A stretch of DNA of 32,000 bases from the sequence record JAIUNF010000010.1. The stretch is one strand, 5' to 3'. The notes beneath the pieces are model-generated. The model was not told the origin of the DNA. It saw only the letters and a list, made by a program, of their open reading frames with translations, and did no database searches. Both the position numbers and the translations under genes were made by a program. Positions within the stretch are counted from its first letter, which is position 1. Each line of letters starts with the position of its first letter. This document shows positions 18,426 through 30,053 of this stretch, in pieces.

Positions 18426-19247
18426 TTAAACCAAATCTAATACACCTGTATTTATATTGATTTTTATACTTTTACCTTCCCTCCAAGCTCTTGGAACCGT
18501 ATATGAATAATCTGTAAAAGGAGCTGAGCACCCATGTTCAAGCTGTCTTAAATGAGGTATTTGTTCTGACTCTAATCTATTTACATGTTCTCTAAAAACA
18601 TGATATCAAACACTATTCTGATTATTTTCACCTAAAGCTGATAATACATTTCTAGAAGTTTGACATTGATCTTGTAGTAATATAATATCATTTTGGTATT
18701 TAATACGAAGTTTTCCGGCTACAGATCTATGTACATGAGCACTACGTAACATCTTGATAAGGTCATTACTATGAGGTATAAACATAGCAGAGTACATCAT
18801 TTGATAGCCTGTTATTATACAAGCCCCAAAATAGATTTGAATTCATTTTTGAATATAAGTATATAAGAATATAGTAAATAGAACTATTCGTTTGTTCAAA
18901 TCATAATAATTAAATATTCATCTTAAAAAATAAGATAAAATTCAACTAAGTATTAAACTTATGAATAACTCAAATCAAAAAGTAAAAGGTGTGCTAATCA
19001 TGCTTATAACAGGTTGTTTAATATATAAACTGAAAAAAAAAGATATAATAAAATAAGGTAATTTCCAAATAAATTTAAGGATAAATAAATTCAAAAATGT
19101 TCTGAATTTATTCATTAAATTAGACAGATAAAAATTTAGACCAAATGTATCTATAATAAGATATGTTAATGCTCAAGTTATATTTATAAAAAGATATATA
19201 TATATTATTGTATAGTAAGTCAAAAAAATATAGTTAAGGATAACTTT
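18426..19247 (-). CDS. hypothetical ORF (273-codon open frame under code 4; first ATG at 19115): hydrophobic N-terminal half, polar C-terminal half
   Basis: The frame is open from the TAG at 19248-19250 to the TAA at 18426-18428, with six TGA=Trp codons. It reads ...[65 protein letters not shown]...[124 protein letters not shown]. No endonuclease motif is seen. Confidence 0.4.
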
Positions 19248-19754
19248 CTATAACTCTCTTTCACTGTTTTAGTAATAAAAGGAATGCATCAGGCAGATAT
19301 TTATTAGTATCTGCTCACCCTTGGAGGGGAACTAATGTTGTAATACATTTCTACTCTATACATAACACTGTTCACACAATGGATCGGACTATAACTTATC
19401 TAATCATTTAATTTAATAAACTTTCAATTGTCACGTTTAGTCTCTACGGATCCTACTAACTAACTAATAAAAAAAACACATATTAATTAGCTTTGGTTTC
19501 CACGGTATTGTCTTATATGAACAAACTAACGTTGTTTATTAAATTTTCCGCATTAAGAAAACATATAAGATTTCACCGTTAGCAAAAATTCTTCAGTCTC
19601 CTCCCCTCTGATATCACGCTTTTCCTCTATGTTTTGCCAAGTCACAAATAAAGAGACACGGAGAACAAGGTTAGCTTTTAGTAGCTATAGACCTTTAAAT
19701 TTTTACCGAAAAACGTATAGTATTTTTCATGGTGACAAGACAACACGACACATA

Positions 19755-20636
19755 CTATTCGTATAATAATATTTTATTTAATCTTTTTAACGACTCTAAT
19801 TTTTCACCTAATAGGGGATAGTTAGTACAATGAGTTATTATTTTTAATAAGACTTCTTTTTTATATACCTTAAAAAAATAGAAATTACCATAGGGATTTC
19901 GAACTTTATTTGTTACATCAAAATACTGTAGAATGGCATTTATTAAGTAAATATCATCATTTTGCCCTATTGAAAAAGAAGAATGAATCGATTTTTTCGT
20001 GTCCTTTATTTCTTCCCTTGAAGAGGAAGAAATATCAGGGCAAGAAAAACAACCTTTAGCTTCTATAAACCCGGATAACCATACTTTAAAATAACTAGGC
20101 ATATTATAATTAATATTCGATTTTATAATAGTTAACTGTTTATCGTATTTCAAATTTCGACTTAATAAATAAGTTTTTACCGAAGTTTTAGTTCAACATT
20201 CTTTTAGGAACGCAAGTTGACAGATCATTTTGGATGTTAAAGGAGGATAAGTATCATAAATTTGAAGAATTTTTTCAACTTCTTCCTTTTTATTGACAAC
20301 TCAAATAACATCTGACCCTTTACTAGTAATTCTTACTGTTCCACCTATTATATTGGCAATTTTGATTAACATATTATAATTAGATTTAATATTAGATAAT
20401 TTAATAATTAGTCTATATTGTAAGGATTTTTTACGTAAATGATTTACTTGAATGCTACCATTTCCGTCCATTAACCCCACTCAAAACATTTTTATATTGT
20501 CATTATTTTGATTTTTTTCTATTGTATTACATAAGAATTTTTTTTGATTATTATTAAGACTAAATTTATCTAAATATAACTTATTAATGATAGATAAATT
20601 AGGTATAGATAAACTAAATAAAACAAAATAAACTAT
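19755..20636 (-). CDS. double-motif LAGLIDADG homing endonuclease in frame with the upstream cox1 exon
   Basis: Motifs WVGLMDGNGSIQVNH and [12 protein letters not shown] are present, along with YPPLTSKMICQLAFLKECW. The frame is open under code 4 to TAG at 19755-19757. Confidence 0.8.
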
Positions 20637-20686
20637 ATCGTGGAATGCTATATCCAAAGATGCGTTTGCTAAAACTACTCCACTTA
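20637..20686 (-). CDS. cox1: cox1 exon (50 nt)
   Basis: TA AGT GGA GTA ... CAC GAT encodes (L)SGVVLANASLDIAFHD. Confidence 0.85.
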
Positions 20687-21783
20687 CGAACCAAAAGTTT
20701 CTTGATCATTTAATCTTTCGTATCTAAATATATAACCATTATAAATACCATTCACTTTAGCATAATTTTTGATGGTACTATGGCTTATACCTAAAGCTCT
20801 TTGGGCTTCCATTACTCCATCATACTTAGCAACAAAATTCTGATTCATATCATATACAAATACTGCTTTTCTAATATGACTGTTATTGTTTATATTTAAA
20901 ATTAATTCATCAGATTCTTTAGAATTTCAGTCAGTTATTAAAGGTGCATCTTCTATCTTGTAAGGTATATTAGTAAAATATCACTCCCCTCTAAATATAA
21001 TTCCTTCTTTTATCACATTAACTATTGTAGGATGATTAGATTTAATCAATTTAGCCAAAGTTCCTACAGAAGGGAAGATAATTAATAACTCTTTAAAAGA
21101 ATTATATATATAAACAGGATAAGCAGACTTTGCTTCAAGGATTCTTACTTTATTTTCCATAGAATGACTTTTATTGTAAAATGGGTTATTTTCACCTGTC
21201 AAAGCTCTAGCTATTAAAGCTTTAGTTTCGTCAGTATGAACTCTATTTTTAGCCAATTGGGATAATAGTGCTTTAGTTTCCTTTGTATGTGTATAACCTA
21301 ATGAAGAATAACCTTGTTTTAACACATTATAGTACGGCAATACATATGTTATATAATAAGTTTCTCTAAGGGTTAAAGTTTTTAAGTCTACATACTCTAA
21401 TATTAATAATTTAAAGTTAGATGGATTATATTTTAATAAAGCTTTAACAATAGGCATATTAATATTTTGTTTACTTTTAAAAAAGCAGTATTAAGATAAT
21501 TTCTCATTCTAGAAGCTAAATTAATAGAACTTCCTACATAAGAATGACCATTATTTATATTAATTAAACAATAAATACCTGATTTGTCTTTTTGTTGTTT
21601 TAAAATATTAACTCTATTTTCTTTAAAGTTATCATATACAATTAAAGGAACTAAATTATCAGTATTATCCTGTTTCTCCTGACCCAAAAGGTCAGGAGTC
21701 GACAAATTAGAAGTAGAATAAGTACGAATATTGAATTTAAGATAAAAATTCAATAAAGGGTTATAATTATTAGAAGCAACCAA
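20684..21783 (-). CDS. GIY-YIG homing endonuclease with one frame break
   Basis: The motif GIYCLININNGHSYVGSSINLASRMRNY is present. The frame changes in the T4A6 run at 21475-21484 (expected ...NTAFFKSKQNINMPIVKALLKY...). The C-terminus ...GYIFRYERLNDQETFGS uses TAA at 20684-20686, which overlaps the first nt of the next exon. Confidence 0.75.
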
Positions 21784-22019
21784 GCTATTAAATGATCATT
21801 TTTGGTTTCATGGACTATATCTTCCCTTAATATTATTAAGAGGACTACGTTTAGTCTCTGAGGTACCTACTAAGATAAATGGTTTTATCTGTTGGTTACC
21901 TGCTGATTGTTCAAAATTATACATTTTTACTGAGATCATATAAAACTCTAGTAGTATAATTGTCAGAAGTTCCCAGCATATAGTAGTCTTTAAAGGGAGG
22001 ACTAAGTGGTTTTTTGTTA
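20687..22019 (-). mobile_element. group I intron cox1-G (core first, ORF in the 3' part)
   Basis: Core elements are P (21970-21983), Q (21899-21909), R (21851-21863) and S AAGATATAGTCC (21812-21823). The intron ends in G at 20687. Confidence 0.85.
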
Positions 22020-23376
<1,357 letters not shown>

Positions 23377-23425
23377 ACTTCATACGATAAATCCTAATAT
23401 ACCAATGGACATCATAGCATATACC
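23377..23425 (-). CDS. cox1: cox1 exon (49 nt)
   Basis: G GTA TAT GCT ... TGA AGT encodes (M)VYAMMSIGILGFIVWS. Confidence 0.85.
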
Positions 23426-23461
23426 CGAGTTTCAGACTTCGACCTATATTTTCATCATATT

Positions 23462-24255
23462 TTAATCATCCCCACCAGTATAGTCAGGACCACTTTCCTC
23501 AACTAAACTTAGGGCTATTTCACTTGGTTTTTCTAAATTAGATTCTATTACTTTCTTTACATTTAGTTTTTCTTGTCTACAAATTCGAACATTTTCTCTA
23601 TGTTCTTCTTTTCATTCTAATCTATCTTTTTCATACTCTTGTCTCTGTTCAGCGTCGCTATAAAAAGGTTTTTTTTTTAATTCTTCATGTAATTGTTCTT
23701 CTTTTTTTTCGAAGACTTGAGTAACTTTTTTAAAATTAGCAGTTTCTACATTCACTTTATTTCGAAAATATGTTACTACTGATTTTTCAACTTTAAACTC
23801 TTCTTCTAATTCGATATATCTCGTTCGTAATTTACTTTGCAATTCATCCAATAATACTCTAGATTGTATTTCTAATTCTGTTGTTTTATTTATATCCTTT
23901 AATCTTCCATAAGATTCTATCAAATGTTCTTTCATTTTAATATCTACTACTACTTGTTTGTTTAATAACTCTTCGAATCTTTCTTCACATTTATCAAAAA
24001 AAATTTTTCTTGTATACCTTGTTGCTGCAATTGTTCTAACTCATTTAACGACTGTTCTTGTTCACGCCTTTGTTCTTTTTTTTTATCAAGTTCTTTTTGA
24101 AATTTTTTCATCTGTTCTTGATGTTTTGAAATGCTATCTAAAATTTTACCTATATCCGACAATTTTGAACTGGAATTCGAAAATTTTCGAATATTTAGAG
24201 CTTGCGACGGGGTGGGACCTGAAAAATATTTAGGGTGTAAATATTTGTTTAACAT
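23462..24255 (-). CDS. hypothetical charged coiled-coil-like protein (about 264 codons, one frame break)
   Basis: ATG at 24255. The first part reads MLNKYLHPKYFSGPTPSQALNIRKFSNSSSKLSDIGKILDSISKHQEQMKKFQKELDKKKEQRREQEQSLNELEQLQQQGIQEKFF. The frame changes in the A8T5 run at 23996-24008. It then reads FDKCEERFEELLNKQVVVDIKMKEHLIESYGRLKDINKTTELEIQSRVLLDELQSKLRTRYIELEEEF...YEKDRLEWKEEHRENVRICRQEKLNVKKVIESNLEKPSEIALSLVEESGPDYTGGDD and ends at TAA 23462-23464. Confidence 0.5.
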
Positions 24256-24774
24256 ATTAATTTTGAATATAAAAATTTTGAAAGCTTTAAGTGTTTTTTA
24301 TTTTATGGTGTCACTAATCGAGTGTCCTTATAAAAAGCTAACTTCTTAAAAAAGTTCCCTATTAAAATTAGAATTGGATATATTATCTTCAAAATACGAA
24401 ATATAAACGTATCTCATTTAATATACCTCATCTAGTACAAAAAAGTTGTGAAGTAAATAGGGATTTTGGTCCTATGTATTCCGTCAATTTAGCACCTTCT
24501 TCATATTATGGGTTAATGAAGAAAATGTGATTCTAAATTCTAGTCCAGACTCAGGACCCAGACTCTTCCTCATAAAGAAATTGGTCTTTTAATAGTTCTC
24601 TAATTAATAATCTCAATTTATAAGAATAATTATAAGTAGACACTCGAGCCATTAGCTTCAACTAAGATGCATAATTAAAAAAATTAATAAAACAGGGGGC
24701 TAGCCTAAAGTATTATTTCGCTTCCATGAAAAGCCGTTAATCTATGTCATAATTAGCTCACTAAAGACTGTAGT

Positions 24775-24857
24775 GGATGTAATAAGTACGTACAAAAATT
24801 CTATTTTTGTACAGGGATGTAATAAGTACGTACAAAAATTCTATTTTTGTACAGGGA
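24775..24857. repeat. 40-nt tandem duplication, each unit a perfect hairpin
   Basis: The unit GGATGTAATAAGTACGTACAAAAATTCTATTTTTGTACAG is repeated about 2.07 times. Each unit contains GTACAAAAAT-TCT-ATTTTTGTAC. Confidence 0.85.
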
Positions 24858-25436
24858 TAAAATGCTTAGATAAAGTTTATTTGTATAAACCAGTAATAGT
24901 TTAAAGATTGTAATAATTAATAAGGAAGTATTGAAAATTAAGGTAAAAGCAACAAAGTAAGAAAAAAATAAAGTTTAAGTAGATTAATATAAAGACCTAT
25001 AAAAATTTATTGCCCTTTATCTCTAGGGGGAAGAGGGAAGAGATATCAGGGTACGAGAGATTTAAATTAAAGCTTTAGTTATAGCGCCTATCCTCTTTAT
25101 ATCTAAAGGGGAAGAAGTGAATATACAAAAAAAATTCAAGAATTAGTCTCTTTCCCTTGCGGGGATCCGATCCGGCGACTTTAAATAAGTCGCCTAGGTT
25201 GCTTCGGAAAAAACAGAAGAATATTATATTGAAGACGCTGCTTTATAAACCGAAGATTTATATCAGCTGCTTTGAAAAAAAAAAAGAATTGAAATAAAAC
25301 CAAAAAAAAAGAGAAAGTTCGTTAGAACAAAACTAATTTTACTTTATATGTATTAGAATAGCTAAAAATAAAACTACCAAAGTATTTTATTACTTATTTA
25401 TTTATAGCGTAAGCTATAAATAAAGCAGATTTATTG

Positions 25437-25500
25437 CCCTTTATCTCTCTTATACCCCCTCTTCCCCTACGGGGAAGAGGGGGAAGACAGAAGACACGGG
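25437..25500. repeat. GC cluster of the CCCCTCTTCCCC/GGGGAAGAGGGG family
   Basis: CCCCCTCTTCCCCTACGGGGAAGAGGGGG lies at 25455-25483. Related clusters are at about 25010-25060, 25090-25125 and 25150-25210. Confidence 0.7.
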
Positions 25501-25939
25501 ATAAACAAGTCAATTTTTTTTTTTTTGATGAAAATATTTTCGTGGTTTAATAAATATAAATCGTGAGAAGATTTTATACTTTTTAAACTACTAGATCTAG
25601 CTGTCTTATTTCTTTAATATTATTAACTAAAATAATATTTAGTCATAATAAACCTCTTTCAAGGAAAACTTAGAATACACCTTAAATACAGAGAAATTCT
25701 CTGTATCCAGTACCGTCTACTCGTTGCTCTTTTATCCTAAACACGAATGAATAGGAATTTAGATCCGCGATTACCCATTTACTATTTTTTAGTTATAATT
25801 AAGCTTATTACTATATCTTACACATTACTGTAAGCCCTTTCAAAATTACTTTTGATAGTTAGTACTTAATTCTTTAGGGCTTCCCCGGAGTTTGATACTG
25901 ATGAACTTAAACATGAAACTTGCTAAAGGTTCCTTAAAT

Positions 25940-26026
25940 ATTCCTATATATCCAAAGATAGATTTATTTGAGTTAGCTGAAATAGTTGTACTAATTATAC
26001 CGAAAGCTGGTACAATTAATATATAA
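25940..26026 (-). CDS. cox1: cox1 exon
   Basis: The exon reads (V)[28 protein letters not shown](M). Confidence 0.85.
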
Positions 26027-26604
26027 CAATAATTTTGATTAATTTAATAGTCTTGCCTTATATCGTAATATACTGCAAACTTCGAATATGACTCACCATA
26101 TCCAAGTATAAAGATCTATTAATATTAATACTCAAAAACTTCCGTTTTTGTTAGGACTCTATCTTATACTGAATATCTATTCATTGAATTTTTCAATTTA
26201 CAAATTTTATCTAATCCTGTTTCCTGGCCCGTAGGGCACAAATGATTTTTTCTTGTATTATTATATAAGCTTTTCTTCATTTAAGATAATTATTATGCTT
26301 ACTAGATTGTAAATGAAAACGATCAAAATAATTTATTACCTTTTTTTAGCTGAACCAAAACTAGTTGAACCGTAATAATAAGTATTTTTATTTGATCTAT
26401 AACCTATATTATAAGGGGGTAGTATAGAGTTCTATATAAGGAGCTTATATATATACGTATCCTTCTCTGAACTCTCTTATATTATAAATATAAGAATAAA
26501 TATTTTACTATTTGTTACAGTATTAATCGTACTGATATATATAACTCTAAAATACTATAATATTCGATAATTAAAGTAAAAACAATATTTCAATGTAATA
26601 CATA

Positions 26605-27756
26605 TTAAACATTTATATAACCCCTCAAGTTAATAATAAATAATCTAAAAGTTCTTGATTTTAAATTTCTTTTACTATTCATTTTTGTTTTTAAATCTAG
26701 TATATCTTTTAAACCTTCAGCTGTTAAATGTAACTTATCTTTCATTAAATAAGCAATTTTACAGAAGGTAATCTAGAAATTTATTACCTTGTATAGGATA
26801 TTTATCAGATACCCTTCCCCATACGGGGGGATCATGGGGAAGGGGGGTATCAGGGGAAGAAAAAGGAATAATAGTATTGAATATTTCCGGTAAGCTAGTT
26901 ACAGTTAAAGTAGATTGAGGTTTTATAGGATCTATTCTTACAACGCCACAACCTAAATGATCTTTTATAATATTAAGAAGTTTAGTATCACGAGAATATT
27001 GAATTACAGTAAATCTTACTGCAACTTGATAATCTACTTTTACTGCTGGGTGTTTTCTAACTACACACTCGAAACAACCTTCAGCATCTACAAATCCAGC
27101 TAATCTATTATTATCTTTTACTACTACAGTGTTTACAATAGGTTTTTCTTTAGGTAAAATATCGGGGTAAATATTCACGAATTTATCTGATAGGCCTTTT
27201 CCTAAAGAAGCTCTAACGCTAAACAACTCTTTTAATCCTTCCTCTGTAAGATGTTTTTTATTTACCAATAATTCTATTGCTTCTTTAAATAATTCAAAAT
27301 CAACTCTTTTTTTGAGTAAGCAACGGATATTTAGTAAAATAAGGGATTATTACCTTATTTAACTCTTTTACAGATTTAACTGCATAAATGACTTGATTGT
27401 CTCTAGTACGTGTTACTATTTTTCCAACCTAAAAAGAATGCTGAATTTTTTTCAATAAATTAATATCTTTTCCATGTAACTCTATTGGAAAATAAGGATA
27501 AATTACTCACCCCTTTTTGAGTATTATTTCTACTAATAGTAAATGAAAATGTAGATTCACCGTCAGCAAATGCAGTTATATAATTAGGATTTAAGTTAGA
27601 TTCCAAAGTAGTAATATTACTTGAATAATATCTTCTTTGTGTAACTGGTTTAAAAAGATAAGAGTATTTATATGCAGTATTAAAATATCTAGTATTAAAA
27701 GTATCGATTATATTTGAAAATTCCCATTTTGAGCTAATATATATGTTTTTCTTCAT
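26605..27756 (-). pseudogene. LAGLIDADG homing endonuclease D2, multiply interrupted
   Basis: Motifs ITAFADGESTF and LAGFVDAEGCF are present. Frame breaks lie at the C4 run 27510-27513, the T7 run 27307-27313 and the GG at 26767-26768. An in-frame TAG at 27429-27431 falls within KKIQHSF-TAG-VGKIV. A GC cluster at 26812-26857 is read in frame (SSPDTPLPHDPPVWGRVS). TAA at 26605-26607. Confidence 0.7.
26812..26857. repeat. GC cluster inside LAGLIDADG D2
   Basis: The sequence is CCCTTCCCCATACGGGGGGATCATGGGGAAGGGGGGTATCAGGGG. It belongs to the same family as 9618-9685 and 25455-25483. Confidence 0.7.
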
Positions 27757-28422
27757 TTTAAATAATCTCTATATTTGCTAGATTGTAGATGAAAAGAATC
27801 GAAGTATTTAATTAGTTTTCTAGCTGAACCAAAACTTTCTAGACTATAAGTATAATAATCTTCAAGTTTATTATAGGTAATGTTACCACCAAATAGCCCT
27901 TTTATTACGAATAAAACATTCTTCTCTTTTTGATCTATCTGAAAATTTAATCTAATTTCTGGTTTAGGTTTATTATTTCTATTAACAACTTTAATTTGAA
28001 AACTAGCATCCGCATCAGAAAATCCTGCAATTCAGTGATTATTCAAATCATTAGAATCATTAATTTGAAATTCTATGTTTTCTTCCATATATTTAGGATT
28101 AGCTAATATGTTACTAATTACTTGAAAAAATTTGTTGAATGTTCTTAATTTACCATTAATTAGATTTATTGCTTTAATTATACCTTGTTTATTTGATATA
28201 ATATATAAATAAGCATTTTTATCTTGAACTTTGTTTACATGTCCAAAACCTATTCTTTTTTTTATATAATAGGCTAATTGAACATCAGGAGAACTAAATA
28301 CAATTACTAATTGTTGTTTAGAACTAAAATGTCCGTCTCCATCTATTAAACCAGCTAAATAATGTCCGAATTGTTCATCATTTAACGGTTTTAAATGTGT
28401 AGGGACATGAATAGATATGTTT
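27708..28422 (-). CDS. double-motif LAGLIDADG homing endonuclease D1 (no ATG; open from 28422)
   Basis: Motifs YLAGLIDGDGHF and IAGFSDADASF are present. The ORF ends ...SFGSARKLIKYFDSFHLQSSKYRDYLKWRKTYILAQNGNFQI with TAA at 27708-27710. Its 3' end overlaps the ATG of D2. Confidence 0.8.
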
Positions 28423-28601
28423 TTATATTTTCAGTATTGTCGCGTATAGTCTCTGAAGTTTCACTTTCTAGAATAAAAGCGTTACCTGCTGATTGGCTTC
28501 ATTGTTTTAACTTTTTGACTATTTCAATAAAGAGGGAGTATTTAAAACTATATATCGAAGCTTTTCCAGCATATAGCAACATTAAGAGGCTTATATATTT
28601 A

Positions 28602-28623
28602 ACCTCTGGGTGACCAAAGAATC
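28602..28623 (-). CDS. cox1: cox1 22-nt micro-exon
   Basis: GA TTC TTT GGT CAC CCA GAG GT encodes (W)FFGHPE(V). The Trp codon TGA is split across the upstream intron (T|GA). Confidence 0.75.
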
Positions 28624-29959
28624 CAATTCCGTATTACATAATTATTTATACATCCCTTTAATTATATAACTTAGCCTAATACACTAACCTTTTATAAAGA
28701 GGAATCCGACTGTACATTAAGCAGCATTGCAGCTACCTACCGGTGATCCAGTCTGTCGCGATTTCTTAGAAAACCGACGGTCTTGTCTTAAATGGGAAAA
28801 GATCTTGACCGTAAGATTACTATATTTATTATAATAATCACACCAATATTGCTCTTGCCTTTTTATTTTTCTTTCTAAGAATTACAAAATAAACGAAGCT
28901 TACGCCTCAACAAGAACTTAAAGTTAAGGTATACTTAATAGTATTCATTATTTAAGGTCTTACTCTTTTTTTTTCATCTGCCTTAAAGAATTCTTATAGC
29001 TTATCGCTAAACCTTACCTTTTTTCCTAATTAGATATTATAATGTCTTATTTATTTGTTTAGCTAAATTAATTAATTCTGATCTGGTTTCCTTATTCAAA
29101 TGATCTTTATTAACTAATCTAGTGTAAAGCAATTTTCACTTTGTATAACTATCTTTTTTTTTAGAAAGGAGATTAAATTTGTCAAAATAAATAAATAAAC
29201 CTTTGCAATTTTTTAATCCATTTATTCTAACTTCTCATACATTATCAGCATGGTGAGAAACTACAGAACCTTCAATAGAATATTCATTGAAAATTTTTAG
29301 TATATGTTCTAACACATATTTATTAGCTTCTCATTTCTGAGTTAAAATAAATCTATATCTAAAAGCAGAACTATTAGAAAGTAATAAACAAGTAAAAGAA
29401 CCTTCTCCATCAGTTATACCTGATAATCAACTATCTTGTAAACTAGGTAATACACAAGTATCTAAAGGAGTTATAGTTTTTAAATTTTTTCTTATTAGTC
29501 TTTCATTAAAAGAAGATAAAAAAGTTAAAAATCTAGCTTTTCTTGTAGGAAATACCATATTACCATTAAATAATAAACAAATTAAATATATATTTTGAAT
29601 ATCTTGTACTATAAATCTATGTGTATTCTGTTTAATTGACTGTTTAATTACTTTACCAAAACCTAGATTATCACGAATATAATTTAATATCTCTAAGTCT
29701 AAACTAGATTGAGTAACAACAAAAGACAAATCACCTCTTTTTGCTATAATAAAAGAACCTTCTCCTTCCGAAAACCCTATAAATCACTCTAAAAATTTAC
29801 TATCTGGTTGGTTTAAGTTAGGATAATTTTCTTTAAATTTAGAATAAAAAGATGAAAACTGAAAAGATTTATAAGCACTTGATCGATTATTATTTATAAA
29901 ATGTGTATGAATACTTGTAATAAACAAAATAAATAAGTATATAAACCCCAATTTTTCTA
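28624..29959 (-). mobile_element. group I intron cox1-C (ORF first, core at the 3' end)
   Basis: It lies between ...ILFQHLF(W) and (W)FFGHPEV. The 5' exon ends in T at 29960 and the intron ends in G at 28624. The 3' 400 nt are structured and GC-richer (GACAGACTGGATCACCGG, ACAGTCGGATTCC), but I could not assign P, Q, R and S confidently. Confidence 0.7.
29037..29959 (-). CDS. double-motif LAGLIDADG homing endonuclease in frame with the upstream cox1 exon
   Basis: Motifs [11 protein letters not shown] and [11 protein letters not shown] are present. The frame is intact under code 4 and ends ...[12 protein letters not shown] with TAA at 29037-29039. Confidence 0.8.
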
Positions 29960-30053
29960 AGAAAAGATGTTGGAATAAAATAGGATCACCTCCACCAGCT
30001 GTTTCAAAGAATGACGTGTTAAAATTTCTATCTGTAAGTACCATTGTTATTCC
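29960..30053 (-). CDS. cox1: cox1 exon
   Basis: The exon reads [31 protein letters not shown] plus the first nt of a split TGA Trp codon. Confidence 0.9.

Larger units (their letters stand above)
18412..20636 (-). mobile_element. group I intron cox1-H with a long 3' tail
   Basis: A P-like AATGCGGAAAATT lies at about 19545, R GTAGAGACTAAA at 19436-19449 and S AAGTTATAGTCCG at 19385-19397. About 970 nt lie between S and the 3' splice site (G at 18412). Confidence 0.75.
23426..25939 (-). mobile_element. group I intron cox1-E, no recognisable endonuclease gene
   Basis: The 5' 260 nt (25678-25939) resemble the 5' part of nad1-i2, including an R-like GAGCAACGAGTAGACGG and a P-like AAACTCCGGGGAAGCC. 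The 3' end has an S-like AATATAGGTCGAAG (about 23436-23450) and G at 23426. The interior holds GC clusters, hairpins and a coiled-coil ORF. Confidence 0.7.
26027..28601 (-). mobile_element. group I intron cox1-D with two LAGLIDADG genes and an internal partial duplication
   Basis: Core elements are P (28563-28576), Q (28485-28496), R CTTCAGAGACTATA (28445-28458) and S AAGATAGAGTCC (26153-26164). A second R-like GAGTTCAGAGAAGGATAC lies at about 26457-26476. The intron ends in G at 26027. Confidence 0.8.

Noticed and set aside
24775-26857. A CRISPR-like array formed from the repeated GC clusters and the 40-nt duplication
   Set aside because: This is an organellar eukaryotic context. The repeats are not regularly spaced, they differ in sequence, and there are no spacers of uniform length.
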